Positions 33,701 to 45,909 of a stretch of 64,000 bases of DNA are shown here, piece after piece; positions within the stretch are counted from its first letter, which is position 1, and every line of letters begins with the position of its first letter. Both the position numbers and the translations under genes were made by a program. The stretch spans positions 1 to 64,000 of the forward strand of contig JAVECO010000043.1 of assembly GCA_051942205.1 (NCBI GenBank). The letters are read 5' to 3'. This stretch comes from Coniocarpon cinnabarinum. Taxonomy: Eukaryota. The notes under the pieces are model-generated. The model was not told where the DNA came from. It ran no database searches and saw nothing but the letters and a program-made list of their open reading frames with translations.

Positions 33701-35092
33701 CACGGCGCGAGATCGCTTCTGGCCGTTGACAGGCTCACGCACACTGAGGTCTTTAATTTCAGCGGCGTATTGAAACTGAATGTAATCGAGTAGATCCTGT
33801 ACGTCCTCGATCAGGTTTGCATTCGGCAATAGTCCCTCTAGCACGGAATCGCTACGCCCAGTGACCGTCTTGACGCTTTCGTATAACCGTTCGAGACTCT
33901 GCTTTTTCAAGAGGAAAGAACGGTATTTCAAATCGAGATCAAAGATTTCCCACAAGTCACTTTGATTGAGCAGCTTCTCGGGCGACGGCGCTCCGCGTTG
34001 TTGTTCTTCAAATTCGTCCACCTCTCCGTTACTGGAGCTACCCGCATGGATCAGATAATCCTTGCGATGCTGAAAGATGTAGGGGACTTCTTTCTGGCCA
34101 ATGTTCATAAAATCCAGCACATGAGCCACAGACTTTTTGAAAGGTCCCTGCAGCGAACGACTCAAACCTTTCTTGGGCCAGAGCATCGAAGAGATCCAGT
34201 CAGCTTCGGGCGCAATTCGTGCCTTCCACTGCTGCTCGTCGAGATCTTCGTCTGGAAATTCTTTATGGGCAAGCTGCATGCGCTCAGGGATATCAGTACT
34301 TCTAATTAGCTGGTCCTCTTCCGTCAACATCTTTTCCCGAAGCTGAGAGGGCTCAAAGACGTCTTTCAATTCCACAGGCTTATCAGGGTCCACCTCGCCG
34401 ATATCCATGTCGTCTTGGAGATCCAGGGCCCAGTCGTATTCTGTCCCGTCACCAAATGCTGCTCGCATGTCTTCAATGGCAGCCTCGTCGAGACCGGCAT
34501 CCAAGCCTTTCAACGCATCAAGGCCTCGCCGGGTTCTTCCAACCATGACCTCGTGATCTTCTTCACCGCCCTCGCCTTCGTCTGGCTCGTCCTCCTCAAT
34601 GAAATCGTCGAATTCACCAGCCAAGGCATTGCGTGAGGTTGCAGGACCTGGTCGTAATTCTTCGTCTTCGTCTGAGAAGATATCCCCAACGCCGCGCTCC
34701 CGCTCTCGTTCATCTCGATGACCGCGCTTCAGTCGTTTGAAGGTCGGCTCCCCAGAGCGTCGGTCAGGCAGTTCGCCAATGAGGTCGAGATCTTCTTCAT
34801 CGAGACCCTCCTCTTCACGTTCTTCTCTTCGTCGCTTCTTCCGCTCTTTTCGGCGTCGCCTACGCTCTGCTGGGTCTTCCTCTTCTTCCTCGTCTACGAT
34901 GAAGCCTTCGCGGACCTTTTGGGCGGCCTCCTCGTCATCATCGTCGTCATCCTCCTCACTAGAGTCATCAAGGTCACCATTGACACCGTTTGCTTTTCGC
35001 TCCCGAGCTTCACCCGTATCCTCATCGAAGTCTTCGTCGTTCTCCTCGCTGTCGACTCCGGCTTGCTCGTCGAAGAAATCGCGAGTTGCCAT
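30743..35092 (-). CDS. SPT6: Transcription elongation factor / histone chaperone Spt6; in-frame intron 31062-31003
   Basis: Acidic N-terminus, LKDVFEPSQL, DIPERMQ, YqgF/HhH region (GLGPRKA), S1 domain and tandem SH2 (RVIKHPLFRPFN, IRPSSNGMDHLAVTWKV). Confidence 0.98.
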   Translation of the reverse strand: MATRDFFDEQAGVDSEENDEDFDEDTGEARERKANGVNGDLDDSSEEDDDDDDEEAAQKVREGFIVDEEEEEDPAERRRRRKERKKRRREEREEEGLDEEDLDLIGELPDRRSGEPTFKRLKRGHRDERERERGVGDIFSDEDEELRPGPATSRNALAGEFDDFIEEDEPDEGEGGEEDHEVMVGRTRRGLDALKGLDAGLDEAAIEDMRAAFGDGTEYDWALDLQDDMDIGEVDPDKPVELKDVFEPSQLREKMLTEEDQLIRSTDIPERMQLAHKEFPDEDLDEQQWKARIAPEADWISSMLWPKKGLSRSLQGPFKKSVAHVLDFMNIGQKEVPYIFQHRKDYLIHAGSSSNGEVDEFEEQQRGAPSPEKLLNQSDLWEIFDLDLKYRSFLLKKQSLERLYESVKTVTGRSDSVLEGLLPNANLIEDVQDLLDYIQFQYAAEIKDLSVREPVNGQKRSRAVASIFERARAAPAYNVVSGFGITADSFAGIMLDDTQRAYIEDPDKRPIDMADSFVDGDSFPTGLQVFRAAKATFAEELAMNPRMRKLLRREYYMTGHFDCIRTPKGLKQIDEDNPAYEFKYLRHQNMSAMARRPELFLRMLKAEADGLVELRFGLGQKESLRKRLRESLESDNFSEIADAWNVERREVIDVALARLDKIIVKGVKESLKTECENVISSRCREKYLEKLDQAPYQPRGMDAGVVPRVLTLHNDAKNPRAGIVNAIWMEEDGRVTESKQFTLSELRLGSEEKALPDGEDVAGIVKMFEQHRPDIIGISGFSPETRSLYKNVQEIIAKFNIKSTQAVDDDDDLDRPDDNDKLLEVQIVNDEVARLYYTSERAQSEFPTLSAGSRYCVALARYLQSPIKEYAALGRDILSISFDPHQSLVPTTKLMKYLESAIIDIVNLTGVDLNEAVNDTYTANLLSYICGLGPRKAAYMIQVINRQGGQVNTRLELIGNEEEGKAAAVTPTVFENCASFLFIKYDLTESGLNYLDNTRAHPDDYELANKMAADAMDLDEEDIQQEREEYGEYAVLRKMVKEGRENDVNSLELERYAEQIEEKMLQRKRATLETIRAELADPYEELRHEFTPPTYDEIFTMLTGETRDSICEGMVIPITIRKAFPDHVECKLDCGIDGAIPEGEYPSGVGASSGTDPRVAFKPHSTIQGKITALDRRRLTAQLSAREDTLRLPYKKDIERAPGEWDFTQEEADRREAAREKENVTGRPQRVIKHPLFRPFNSAQAEEFLGPQNRGDVVIRPSSNGMDHLAVTWKVSENVFQHIDVLELDKENEFSVGKTLKIAGRYTYSDLDELIAVHVKSMAKKVDEITADERFQRGSKTQAGKCTASALMVFRHRLTFLTTEQWLSAYMEANPKRSMYAFCINPQYPGYFYLCFKPSQQAKHQAWPIKVIPNAFELQKNPYPDMRALKNGFKTLFMKQQQQQAPRRY

Positions 35093-35907
35093 GTCTGCTT
35101 GTGGTTGTGTTTAAAGGGCTATACGTCGCCAGAAGCTGATTCGTCTGACGCAGGAGAGGGTTGGGTAGGTAGGATGCGCAAGACGAGGGTTGCAGAAGCG
35201 AAGTACAATTGCACGAACAGAAGCGGAAGGGCAGCAGGAAATTAGATTAGGCAGGTCACGACTGGCACTAGCGCCGAGAGCGGGTGTGGCTGAGCAGCTC
35301 ACCAGCCTCACACCAAAGGACAGCCCCGCAAGCGGCCGGTGATGCGCCGAATGTTAGCGCGTGTCAGGCCAGACTGAGGTTGCTTGCATTTGCATTGTGA
35401 CATTCACGTTGTGTTTGAGGATCGACGTGCGACCTGCTCTCCAGACAACCACATCCCCTACCCGCTGCATATTCTTTCTTCAAATCGACCTTTCGCTGCC
35501 GTCGCGTGGCGCTCAACACCCTCTTTATTGGCTCAGCTCCCTTCCAGCATGTCCGCCGGCCTTGTCCAGTAGCATCCCCCCAGCCCCTCGGGTCTCCCGC
35601 TTTTGTCTCCAACTGGTCTACGTTTCCGACCCAGACAGCCCGCGCCTGCAGCTCTCCTCCTGAAGATAACGCTGCAGTCTTCTATATACACCTCCCGTCT
35701 TTGCTTGTCGTCCGCAGATTCCCCTACACGTTTGACAGCGTTTGACTAAACCTCCGCCCGCCGAGCTGCGCAAACCTTAAGAAGAGCTCGCTCATATGAT
35801 ACCTTAATTGATCCACATGATCCAGAAATACACTACACATTGAAGTGGCTACGACTTGTTAGGATCTCCGAGCGCACAGCACCGATAGGCGTAAAACTCC
35901 CGGCATC

Positions 35908-37284
35908 ATGTCGCAAGATGGCTTCAAAGTCCCGACGATGTCCGCCAAGAAGAATCGGAAAGGCCTCAGACTAGATCCAAACCAGTCTCGAGCGGCTCCC
36001 CCCTCGGATGGTGATGCACAGGTACCTGGCTCCTTTCACAATACGGAAGATAGACCGGATACCTTGGAAATTGGTGTAGAGTTTCATTTGGATTGGAACA
36101 ATGAGGACCTCATTGTTCTCAAAGAGCTTGGCTCGGGCAATGGAGGGACCGTCAGCAAAGTGCAGCATGTTGCGACTCGTAGAATCATGGCCCGAAAAAT
36201 CATACACGTCGAGGCAAAAGAGAAGGTAAGAAAGGCTATTGTCCAAGAGCTTCAAATCATGCATCACTGCAAATCTCCCAATATTGTTGACTTCTACGGC
36301 GCCTTCATGAACCATACAGGTGATGTCGTAATGTGCATGGAATATATGGACGTTGGGTAAGTCCTTCGCACTTGCATGTATGCTCATTACTTGCACTGAT
36401 GCTGTATGCTTCGCAGATCCCTTGACAGTATCTCCAAAAACTTTGGTCCTGTTCGTGTCGATGTTCTAGGCAAGATCGCCGAAGCAATCCTCGGGGGTCT
36501 AACCTATTTGTATGTGAGCCATCGCATCATGCATAGAGACATCAAGCCGTCCAATGTCTTGGTCAACTCTGGCGGATACATCAAACTTTGCGATTTCGGA
36601 GTGTCGAGTGAATTACAAGACTCGATCGCCGACACTTTTGTTGGCACAGGCACATACATGGCTCCTGAGCGGATACAGGGTGGCAAGTACACCGTGAAGT
36701 CGGATGTGTGGAGTGTTGGTCTAACGCTGATGGAACTTGCTATTGCAAAGTTCCCATTTGCGCCAGACAGTGAAGCAATCGGTCATGAAGACGAAGCGGC
36801 AGGGCCACAGGGCATTCTCGATCTCCTGCAGCAGATTGTGCTTGAACCGAGTCCCAGACTCCCGCCGAGCGACGCCTTTCCACAAATTCTTGAGGACATG
36901 ATTTCTAAGTGTTTGATGAAAGACCCTAAGCAACGGCCCACACCTCAACAATTGTATGAATCGGACGAGTTCTTGCTCGCAGCAAAGAGAACGCCAGTGG
37001 ATCTTCAAGCGTGGGCAGTGAGTATGATGGAGCGACACAACCGGAAGTCGCATCTTTTGCCAGATTTTCAATTACCCGCTGACGTGAACCGCGTATCAAA
37101 TGGCGGATCCAATGGGCAGCATTTGACGCCAAACGACATACCAATAGGAACTTTATCACTGGAAAATACGAACGGAGAATCTGCGCACGGTCGACCTCCG
37201 TTTCCCACGCGTACTTCGAGTGCCACTCGAGTACCTCAGGCAGGTCCCCCTCCGACAGGTCCACTGCCTCAGGTTCCACGTTGA
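35908..37284 (+). CDS. STE7: MAP kinase kinase of the pheromone/Fus3 pathway; exons 35908-36356, 36417-37284
   Basis: N-terminal docking site KKNRKGLRL, ELGSGNGGTV, HRDIKPSNVL, activation loop SIADTFVGTGTYMAPERIQG, GILDLLQQIVLEP; GT-AG intron. Confidence 0.93.
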
Positions 37285-38401
37285 TTGCTTGAGCTATCCA
37301 TCCAGGTTTCTCGTGCAGGGACTGCTTCGATCATGAAGTCGGCGTTCAACGGTGAAAGAGTGGAATGCATAATGGCTAGAAAGAGAGCCGATCGCGGGCA
37401 CAGATGGTGAACAAGCTGCGGCCTAACCGTCTGACCTCCTCAGCATTAGGCCCGTGTGGAAAAGGTATACTGCGCCGAGTCGGTCAGGAACAATACCGCT
37501 TCGTCGCGAGGTAAGCCTCACGGCCGCACAGTCATCCATTGACACGCCATGGTCTCCCACGTCACGCAGACGGGTGTCCGGGGCTCAGCAGCTTGCGCGT
37601 AGGATCTCGAGGGGCGGCACGATGGGGCGCCGGACGACACGGTTGATGTATGTTGAGAATCAAGTTCCGTGGGTTTTGCGAGACGATGGCAGCCTCCTAT
37701 TGCGAATACATGGCCTACTCCGCACCGCACTTTGTACCGCCACCTGAGACGCGTGGGTGCGTGACACGTTCAGACCAGAGAAGCCGGGAGGGGCGATGGT
37801 AAGGTTGCGGGAGCTAGCTGTACCTGGCATTAGCTTGCCCGACAATCCATGAACAGTCGCCTGGCTTTCGCCAGGACATACTACGACATACACGACTTTT
37901 CAGGGAGTGACTTGGTCAGCTTGCGGTGGTCGCAGGCAAAACTTCGAGCACAGACGTCGAAACCAAAACCACTCCGGTTTCACGCCCCTGTTTACGGAGT
38001 ATGAAACACAGAGGGAGCCTGCGCGCACGGACTGCAGCGATCGGTTGCTAGGGCGCTAACGGGCCCTAAGTTTAGCGTCGGCCCCGCCATCCCACCAATG
38101 ACGAGCCAACCAGCCTCTTCGCCCAGCCACTGCCACTGTTCAGATCATCGATGCCGACCAGCTCCTAGCAACACGCCTCTTCGCTCAGCTATGCTCTTCA
38201 TCCATTTCTGTTGTTCATCCTGAATCCTCCTTTGTCACTCACACTCGCTCTGGACGTCCACGGTTGCGCAGGAGCACCGGGATCCGTATTATCAAAACAA
38301 AGCAGCCAACCCCGATACGCTCGCTTCCAACAACAGATGACACGGTCCATTGGCTCCACATAGACACATCTCGTCCTTTGGGGGTCAACACTTCAAGCAA
38401 G

Positions 38402-41400
38402 ATGCCTTTCCTGGGAATGAAAGCGCCCTCGCGGCCTTCGCCATCATCCATGCCACACACCTCAGGTCTCTCCAGCGACCGGAGCCTGGACGGTGTTGCG
38501 ATTGGCACCCTGATTGCCGTCATTGACCGGGCCAAGAATCTTCCAAATCTTCGGTCGATGGGCAAACAAGATCCGTACTGCGCGTTAAGACTCGGCAAGG
38601 AGGCTAAGAAAACAGAGACGGATAGACGAGGCGGGCAGACTCCTCGATGGTGAGTGTTATTGATAGTGGCTCGACTGACCAAATAAGCTGACACGCTGCA
38701 GGGACCAAGAGCTTCGGTTCACAGTATACGAATCCCTTGACTATCGAAAGATCAAAGTCTCTATATTTGACGAGGACAAGAGGACTGATTTAATCGGCGA
38801 ATGCTTCATCGAGCTCGACGGCATCCTCCAACGTGGTGGTGGACAGAATGATGACTGGCATGAGCTGAACGTCAAGGGAAGATACGCAGGTCAAATAAGG
38901 ATCGAGCTCACTTTCTACGACACAAGACCACGGGAAGCTAGCTCCGCGGACGCGACAAGTCACACCAATGGCCTACCTGACCCGCAGTCGGAGCACAGTA
39001 GTCTACGTACTCCTGGCCCACGACAACCTCCACAAGTCAAGCGTCGGCCGCTTCCAGATGACAGCAGTCCATCGCCACTATCTACGCCGCACCAGAGGGC
39101 GAACTCGGTTCCGATGCCGTCCAGTGCACCCCGCAGTTACCATACACCTCCACAGGCGGCAGAGCCACATCATCCAGTTGCTGAGATGTATGATCCTCCG
39201 TACGGTTATGAGAATCAAAACAATCGTTCTTTTGAACCTCCTCAACGACCATCATTACCAGATCATTCATATTCAGAACCTACTTATCCACATGACCAAT
39301 TACCAGAGCAAGAGACAGAATACTACGAGCTTGATTCGGAGTCTTACGGGCAAGCAGATATGCCGTTCACGGACGATCCCCAAGCACTAGAAGCTATCAG
39401 CGCAGTTGGAGATATTGGCGAGCAATACGTGCCTCCCCCGGTCGCTCCCCTGCAATTTGCAAGACACGGTCAACCGCCTCATCAACCCACGTCCCGGCCT
39501 GCACCACCAGCAGGCCCCCCTCATTCACATTCTGCACCCGTCTTGCCACCATCTCAACGGAGAGACGTTAACAACTCAGCTTCTCCAAATTTGGAGCCTC
39601 GGCCTGCCCACAGATATGGCAGCATGCAGCAGCAGCATCCGCCACACATGCAGAATGATGGTTTCAGCGAGCCACCTCCACCACCGGCCCACCGCAACAG
39701 CATCCCACATGCTCTTCACACGCCGCCAAGACCATCTCCTATGCAAGTCTCGCCTGGTCCCCGCCGAGCACTTCACCACGCTACGTTTAGTCCAGAGCAT
39801 GACGAAGAGTTTGAGTCAGGCGCTGATGTGTTCGAGGATCAAGCTGCCCACGATCAACCGACCTTCAGTCAAGTCCAACAACAGTACCGAAGAAGGTCCG
39901 CTGAGCCCGCGCACGCTGATGAGTTTGCTTACATCGATGAGCAACAGCAGACCTCACCGTATCCTCGAGCACAACAGCCTGCGTATCAGCCCAGTCATAC
40001 CTTCCAGCAGCAAACGCCTTCGCCAGTACCTGCTCGAGTGCAGGCTTTGGATCCACCAGTCAAGGCACGTCCCCGATCGATGGACGTTAATCCTTCCACT
40101 ACTCGACAGCAACCGCTGGCGTCCGCTTCAACACCCTCAGTCCCCCTCTATAGACCGCGCGCAATCAGCCCAAAAGCTACCAGCAATGACGGTGCTCAGC
40201 CCGATTCAAGTGCTCAGAGTGTCGCGCCCGCTACCCCCCTTTCCCGAGCGGCTCCCAAAGTCCGGCAATCAGCATCACCACCCGTTCGCAAACCCGTGGC
40301 AAAGTCGCCCTCTTTTGTGGATGAAAGTAAAGGGAAAAGCCAACAGCCAACGGAAGCTGCTCCACCAGACCCTTCTTCAGACATATTCTCACCAGACTCC
40401 TTTGCACAATTCAATCCTCGAATCTCACAGCAAGCTGCTCCCAAGGGCTCGATCAATCCTTTCGATGATAACAAGGCTGCACAGCCCATGTACAAAGACA
40501 CGACTGCTTCTCCCACGGCAACCACCCGGCCGAAGTCTTCAAGCGCGCCATCCAGCCAAGAGCAGTCTACAGACAGCTTTGGGCGTATCATTCGTTCTGA
40601 CGGTCGTCGAGTCGACCCTTCAGACCATCTGCCCAACTCGACATGGGCACCTGAGCCTGAACCCAAAGGTGCAGACAAGGACAAGCGGGTGAACACAGGG
40701 AACGCTCGGAATCGCTTTGGTCCGCGAACTGCTGCTGCCGGTGCTGCTGCATCTGATAATGCACCTGCGACGAGTGATGCACCGGCTCAAGAAGCACAGC
40801 CTACCCGTGCAATGCCTACAAGTCGCTCTACGCCGCCTAGTCGTACACAGGCAATGCCACCACATCCTTCACCTGCGACGCATCAGCCGCAAGCTTCTCA
40901 AACACAGACACCCTCGCCATCACAATTTCAGACACCATCGTCTCACCGGGCGTCGCCAGCATCAAGCGTTCCTAATGCCTCACCCCTCCAGACTCTTGAG
41001 AAGACCGGTCGCAATCGGCTCCAGAAGCCACGTCCCAGTGCTCCACTTGCACCCTCTGCGCCGGGAACACTAAACGCACATCCTCCACAGGCACGTGCGC
41101 AAGTCGAGGCCATGCATCCAACAGCGAACGGACCTCCGCCGCCTGTGCCTGGCAAGATACCACTGGACACACCTGAGTATGCATCCGACTACGGGAATGA
41201 CGAGTACTACGCAGATCAAAACGCACCAAACGAATACACCCTCCCTTCAATACCGCCCTCGAAACTAGGACCGCTCCCGCATCCACGCCATTCGCACGTC
41301 CCCAATGCTTCCTACAACGCCCATCAGATGCCCGCACAAGCCCCAACTCACCAAGCTCCTCATTCCTCCGCTTTGGTTATTGCCCAACCGCAGCAATCAG

Positions 41401-41675
41401 CGCCACAGCCAGCGCCACAGCAAGCACCACCTCCGCATCAACCGCGCAGACCAGCCGGATACCAAATCGTGCCCGGTACACTGAGCGAAGAAATCAGCAA
41501 GATTGATATCGGACCCAGTCCCATGCGTGCTGCCGGGCTTGGTGGACCAACCGGTATGGGAACGGCTGGAGGTATACCAACGGGCAGTGTATCCGGCGGT
41601 AGCATCATGTCGGACGACGGACGACGCTACGGCGGCCTCGGCGGACGGCTTAGGAGGAGTCGCTTCGGCGCTTAG
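38402..41675 (+). CDS. INN1: C2-domain cytokinesis/ingression protein (Inn1/Fic1-like) with a long Pro-rich tail; exons 38402-38649, 38702-41675
   Basis: IGTLIAVIDRAKNLPNLRSMGKQDPYCALRLGKEAKKTETDRRGGQTPRW/DQELRFTV...GRYAGQIRIELTFYD is an Inn1/Fic1-type C2 domain. It continues in frame into the PxxP-rich ORF at 39114. Confidence 0.85.
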
Positions 41676-41800
41676 ATCGTGCTGATGTTTTTGGTGATGG
41701 TGTTCTCTTTTGGGCGTGTGTGAATTGTTGCTTTCATTGACTGGTCCGATCTGTCTGTCTCTTCGTGAGCGAAGTACAAATATGTGGAGGCATTTCTGCA

Positions 41801-41853
41801 GTGGATGTGTGTGTGGATGTGTGTGTGTTTGTGTGTGTTTGTGTGTGTATGTG
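41801..41853 (+). repeat. Imperfect (GT)n microsatellite
   Basis: gtggatgtgtgtgtggatgtgtgtgtgtttgtgtgtgtttgtgtgtgtatgtg. Confidence 0.9.
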
Positions 41854-42660
41854 AAAACGACACAAGCGAGAACGGGAGGGAAGCTTGCGAAACCAAGAAA
41901 AGTCACCGAAGAGTTTGGGATCCACGGATGAAGGCGGTGTGGATTTTGGGGAATGAAATGAAAGAATAGTGCATGCAGTACAGCAGGATGCAATTGCAGC
42001 AAAAGGCATTTCAGCTTGCATAGCGTGGCGTTAGGAAGCTTGATATCTAGAAGGCTGAGAAATGGGTGAATGCCCATGTACAATACGCAACGACATTGAA
42101 ATCAGATCTTCAACAGCACGCAATTCTCTGAAATGCTTACGCTTTGGCACCTTCGATTCATTCTTTGTAATCCCTTAGTATCTGTGTTGACGGCACTCAG
42201 CATTTCAGAGGAACATGCACAATCACAATCGAGTATGTAGAATGTAAGATCGGGCATCCGCGGTCAGCAGAGGCATAAAGGCCCTTTGGTCGTTTCAGAT
42301 GGTTCTTCATAGGGCTACCTAGCTACCTAGCTACTCACGCTCACGAATCTCGAGGCTTGTAAGTCATCTGCACTCGAGTGGCCACACTCACAGGCCTCTT
42401 CCCTCGTTTACAAAAGAAAACTGCCTAGTCCGTCACCTCCGTAGACCCTGTCCCAGCACATCGACAAAGTAGTGAAAGCAGATCATGCAAGCCTAAACCA
42501 TGCCGCCCTCAATCTGTGACTTCGAGTTCAGTATGTATCCCGCCATTCTCCGTTCGCCGTGTCGAGCTCGAATTTGTCAGATCCCTCCAAGAACTGGACA
42601 TCATTGGCGATGACGTTGACATTGACATTGACTTCGTTGACTCATTACTGAAGCATCCAC

Positions 42661-44901
42661 TTAGGGGAACAGACTGCGTGGCAACGCGAGCAACCCACCC
42701 AGCGCCAACATGCCGCCTACCGCACCAGCAAGCGTATACTTCGCTGCCACTTTGGCTACATTGTGGGCGTAACTGGAGCCATTTCGAGGCGCCGGATCAT
42801 CCGTCGACAGTTGCTGCAGAGCCGTGCGCGTGCGCTTCGTAGGTGGCTCTTCGCTTTCAGGGTTGGCAACCGAGGCGGGCTGTTCAGAGGCGCTTTGCTC
42901 CGCAATAAGAGGCTCTGGCAGCTCTTCTTGGACAATGACCTTTGGATCCTCAGTCTTGTCAGTCGTCGCGTCGTCAAACTTGCGTTTGTCACCAGTCGAT
43001 GGAGATGACGGAACATCGTCATGAGGTTCTGATCCCTGCCCAGCGCTCTCAGCAGGCACATCATCAGAGGCGTTTGAGATGACATGATGAATGGACATGC
43101 GCGATTGATCTTTGTTGGCTCCAGCATCGGTGTGCTCTCCCGCGCTGACTCTGTCTACATTGCCTGATTGGGGCCTGGCAGAAGGCGCATCAGTCGAGCC
43201 CACGGAAGGATGCAACGGTCGCATAAGCCCATCCAGTGGTTGTGAGCTCTTCATGCTTGAACTGGCTGCGGACGCACCAAGGTTGCGCGCTGAAGAAGCC
43301 GACAATGGTGTATCCCAGGGCGATAGCGACAGCGGGGCATGAGGAACGCCGTGGACCGGAAAGAATGGATTGGGCTCATTCGGAGGTGGAGTCCACGTCG
43401 AGTAAGGAACGGGAATCGGACGTCGATACGACCAGTTTCGGTGCCCTGCAGGTGTGTTGAAGGTCTGATTGAAATTCAGAGGTGGCTCTGAGGGAGAACC
43501 AAGGCCATGACGGTATGACACGTTCTGGGTTTGAGATGCGGCCAGCGGAAGGAATGGCGGTGGCGGCGGCGCCACAGATGGGAACGGCTGCGATGCCGCG
43601 TAGGGAGGTGGTCGCGGATATCGTGGAGATTCTTCAGCTGCAGTCTGGGACGAGGGGAGTTGCGATGTGCAAGATTGAAATGGAGAAGTATATGAGTGAG
43701 CGTTCGGCGTCTGCGTGTCTATGTTGCCAGGCGCAGCGCTTTGGGACCAAGGCGCCATCGGATTAATCTGGCTTGCGTTCACTGGCGCCGCGGAAGGTGG
43801 CGGGGGTGTCTTTGCAAGATGCATGCTGGAGGCTTGCTGAGTTTCTGCTGGTTTATCACAGGCAAGTGCAGACTCGTCCTCACTCAAGATGCGAGAGTAA
43901 AATCCATCAGCTTTCGGAAGAGCTTCGCCTGCATCGTCTGTGATGTCGTCGAATGTTGGCGAGCAGCTCCGAGAAGACGCGCTGCCCGAGCTTGTGGGAG
44001 TGTAGACGGGATTATCACTCTCTTCGTCTTCAAGGCAGCTGTCCACGTCGCCTTGAGATTCCTGTGTTCCTTGTGCATCTTCAGCGTCACTCGAATAGAC
44101 GGAATTCATCTCGGACGGGTCATCCATAGGGTCCGGTGATGTTGGAGACAGCTGACGAGCTTGCTCCTGGGCTGAAACTTTAGGCAAGGGTACTGAAGAT
44201 GGTTCGCCGGCCGACTTGTCGTGGACGGAGCCTGGTGAATTCGTCTCTTTGTGTGCGTCAGGAGCCCCAGCTTCGATGACACTGTCAACATCGGAAGCAG
44301 CTGAATCGTCATCGTCGTCAGGCACGGCATAAGCGTGATTCGAGTTGGTTGGTCTCGTCATACAGGGCGCACTGGATTTGGCTGTGGCCCAGACAGGCGT
44401 GACCGACGGTCGCGGCGCAAGTTTAGGACTCGAAATGGGGCTTGAGAGGTCGATAACCTCACTTCTGTTGACTTGAATGCGGACTTGGAAGACAATCTCA
44501 TGGTACTGTTCTGATTGACTGTGAGCTTGAGCAGAACAGCGCAGGTTTTGAGGCTTACGAGTGCCGAGCGTAATCCTATTACCAATGGTCACCAAGTCGC
44601 CGTCGTTGACGACATATTCCTTCTTCGCGGGAAGCTTGACACTATTCAGTGCAGTCCCATGCAGCGACGCCAGATCTGTGATCTTAATGGTGCGATTTTC
44701 AGCAAGCTTTAACTCTGCGTGGCGACGACTAATCACCGGACAGTCGAAAAGAGCGTTGTTGAATTTGGGAACGGCATCGGCTCGATTCTTGGATGAACGG
44801 CCGATGAGAACCGTAGGGGAGTCATCGCTCAGTTTGAGCTCGCGCGTCAGAAAGTCGGCGCTTGTCCGCGCGCCGATGAGCTTGAATGAGACTGGAAGCA
44901 T
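42661..44901 (-). CDS. FHA-domain protein with a disordered middle and C-terminal TM anchor; probable in-frame intron 44558-44511
   Basis: FHA motifs VLIGRSS...FDCPVISRRHAEL...ITDLASLHGTALN...GDLVTIG, and C-terminal LAGAVGGMLALGGLLAL. First ATG is at 44901. Confidence 0.88.
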   Translation of the reverse strand: MLPVSFKLIGARTSADFLTRELKLSDDSPTVLIGRSSKNRADAVPKFNNALFDCPVISRRHAELKLAENRTIKITDLASLHGTALNSVKLPAKKEYVVNDGDLVTIGNRITLGTRKPQNLRCSAQAHSQSEQYHEIVFQVRIQVNRSEVIDLSSPISSPKLAPRPSVTPVWATAKSSAPCMTRPTNSNHAYAVPDDDDDSAASDVDSVIEAGAPDAHKETNSPGSVHDKSAGEPSSVPLPKVSAQEQARQLSPTSPDPMDDPSEMNSVYSSDAEDAQGTQESQGDVDSCLEDEESDNPVYTPTSSGSASSRSCSPTFDDITDDAGEALPKADGFYSRILSEDESALACDKPAETQQASSMHLAKTPPPPSAAPVNASQINPMAPWSQSAAPGNIDTQTPNAHSYTSPFQSCTSQLPSSQTAAEESPRYPRPPPYAASQPFPSVAPPPPPFLPLAASQTQNVSYRHGLGSPSEPPLNFNQTFNTPAGHRNWSYRRPIPVPYSTWTPPPNEPNPFFPVHGVPHAPLSLSPWDTPLSASSARNLGASAASSSMKSSQPLDGLMRPLHPSVGSTDAPSARPQSGNVDRVSAGEHTDAGANKDQSRMSIHHVISNASDDVPAESAGQGSEPHDDVPSSPSTGDKRKFDDATTDKTEDPKVIVQEELPEPLIAEQSASEQPASVANPESEEPPTKRTRTALQQLSTDDPAPRNGSSYAHNVAKVAAKYTLAGAVGGMLALGGLLALPRSLFP

Positions 44902-45909
44902 GATGGCGTCAGCATTGGATAGACTGATGGCTGAGTAGGTGGTGCTGTGAACAAGATGAGGAGAGCGAGTGAGCAAGAAAATAGGAGGGGAACGCAGAGG
45001 CTGTAGGCAAACGAGGCAAGTGCCAAGTACGAGGCCTCCAATAGCAGGTGAACAGCTACCTGGGATCCCTACGTACCGGATCTCATGACTGTTGTTGCTC
45101 TGGCAAAGGCCAGTCACTCATGGGAGCGAGAGGAAGCGGCTGCTGAAAGGGACGTCGAGGAAATCAACCGCCGGCCAGAAGAGTGAGAAGGCGTCGGGTG
45201 CGGACGCATCAACTTGCACGACGCGGGTGTGAGGGCGGGGTACGGAGGACGGAAGTAACTCCAGGACCGTTGCCGACCCCTTGTGACGCTCACAAACTGG
45301 CAGGAGTGTGCTTGCAGTGGTGTTGAGGATCGATGAGTCTGCCGTGCTGGAAGTGGGCAGACGTGGACACCCGTGGAGGAGTCGAAGAGCGGTCAGAAAG
45401 GAAAGAAAAGAAACGAGGGATGAGTCGAAAGCAGGTCGCAGGGAAGCGTAAGTTTAAAGGGAGCAACTGCAGCCTGCTCGTGATCGAGACTCGCCCACCC
45501 TGCCTGCTGCTCCTATCGATAGCCCCACGCCCCACTCTCCCCCATCCAGCCAATGGTCGTAGTCCTTCTCAGCCTCACGCATGCACGTGCAGCTGGTGGC
45601 AGCTTGGAGCGCAGGTGGTGACGCTCTTCGCCATGCACCATTCCTATTCCGAGCGTCACGTGATTCGGGTTTACGTAGGTTCACAGGGGTTATCGCTGGA
45701 CATCTCCTCTGAGATCCCAAGTCCAGAGGACACCCAGCCATTCTCTCCAATGTCCTCGCATGCAGCCGTGTAGTGTACAAAGCCCCCTCACATCAATTAC
45801 AGGTCTACCTCGTTGAGTTGTAGCTCTACGATAGAACGCCCAGCGTAAGAAGTGAAACGACGTCCAGAGGGGAGACGTGCATACTCTGCTCAGTCGACTC
45901 CCACACTTC

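Noticed and set aside
39406..40692. 428-codon +1-frame ORF inside the Inn1/Fic1-like gene
   Set aside because: It starts at TTG, and +1-frame stops need Leu/Val/Ile/Met codons, which are scarce in this P/Q/S-rich region. A long open frame is therefore expected.
44902..45117. Track-predicted N-terminal extension of the FHA protein
   Set aside because: It starts at GTG and resembles pyrimidine-rich leader or intron sequence. The first ATG is at 44901.
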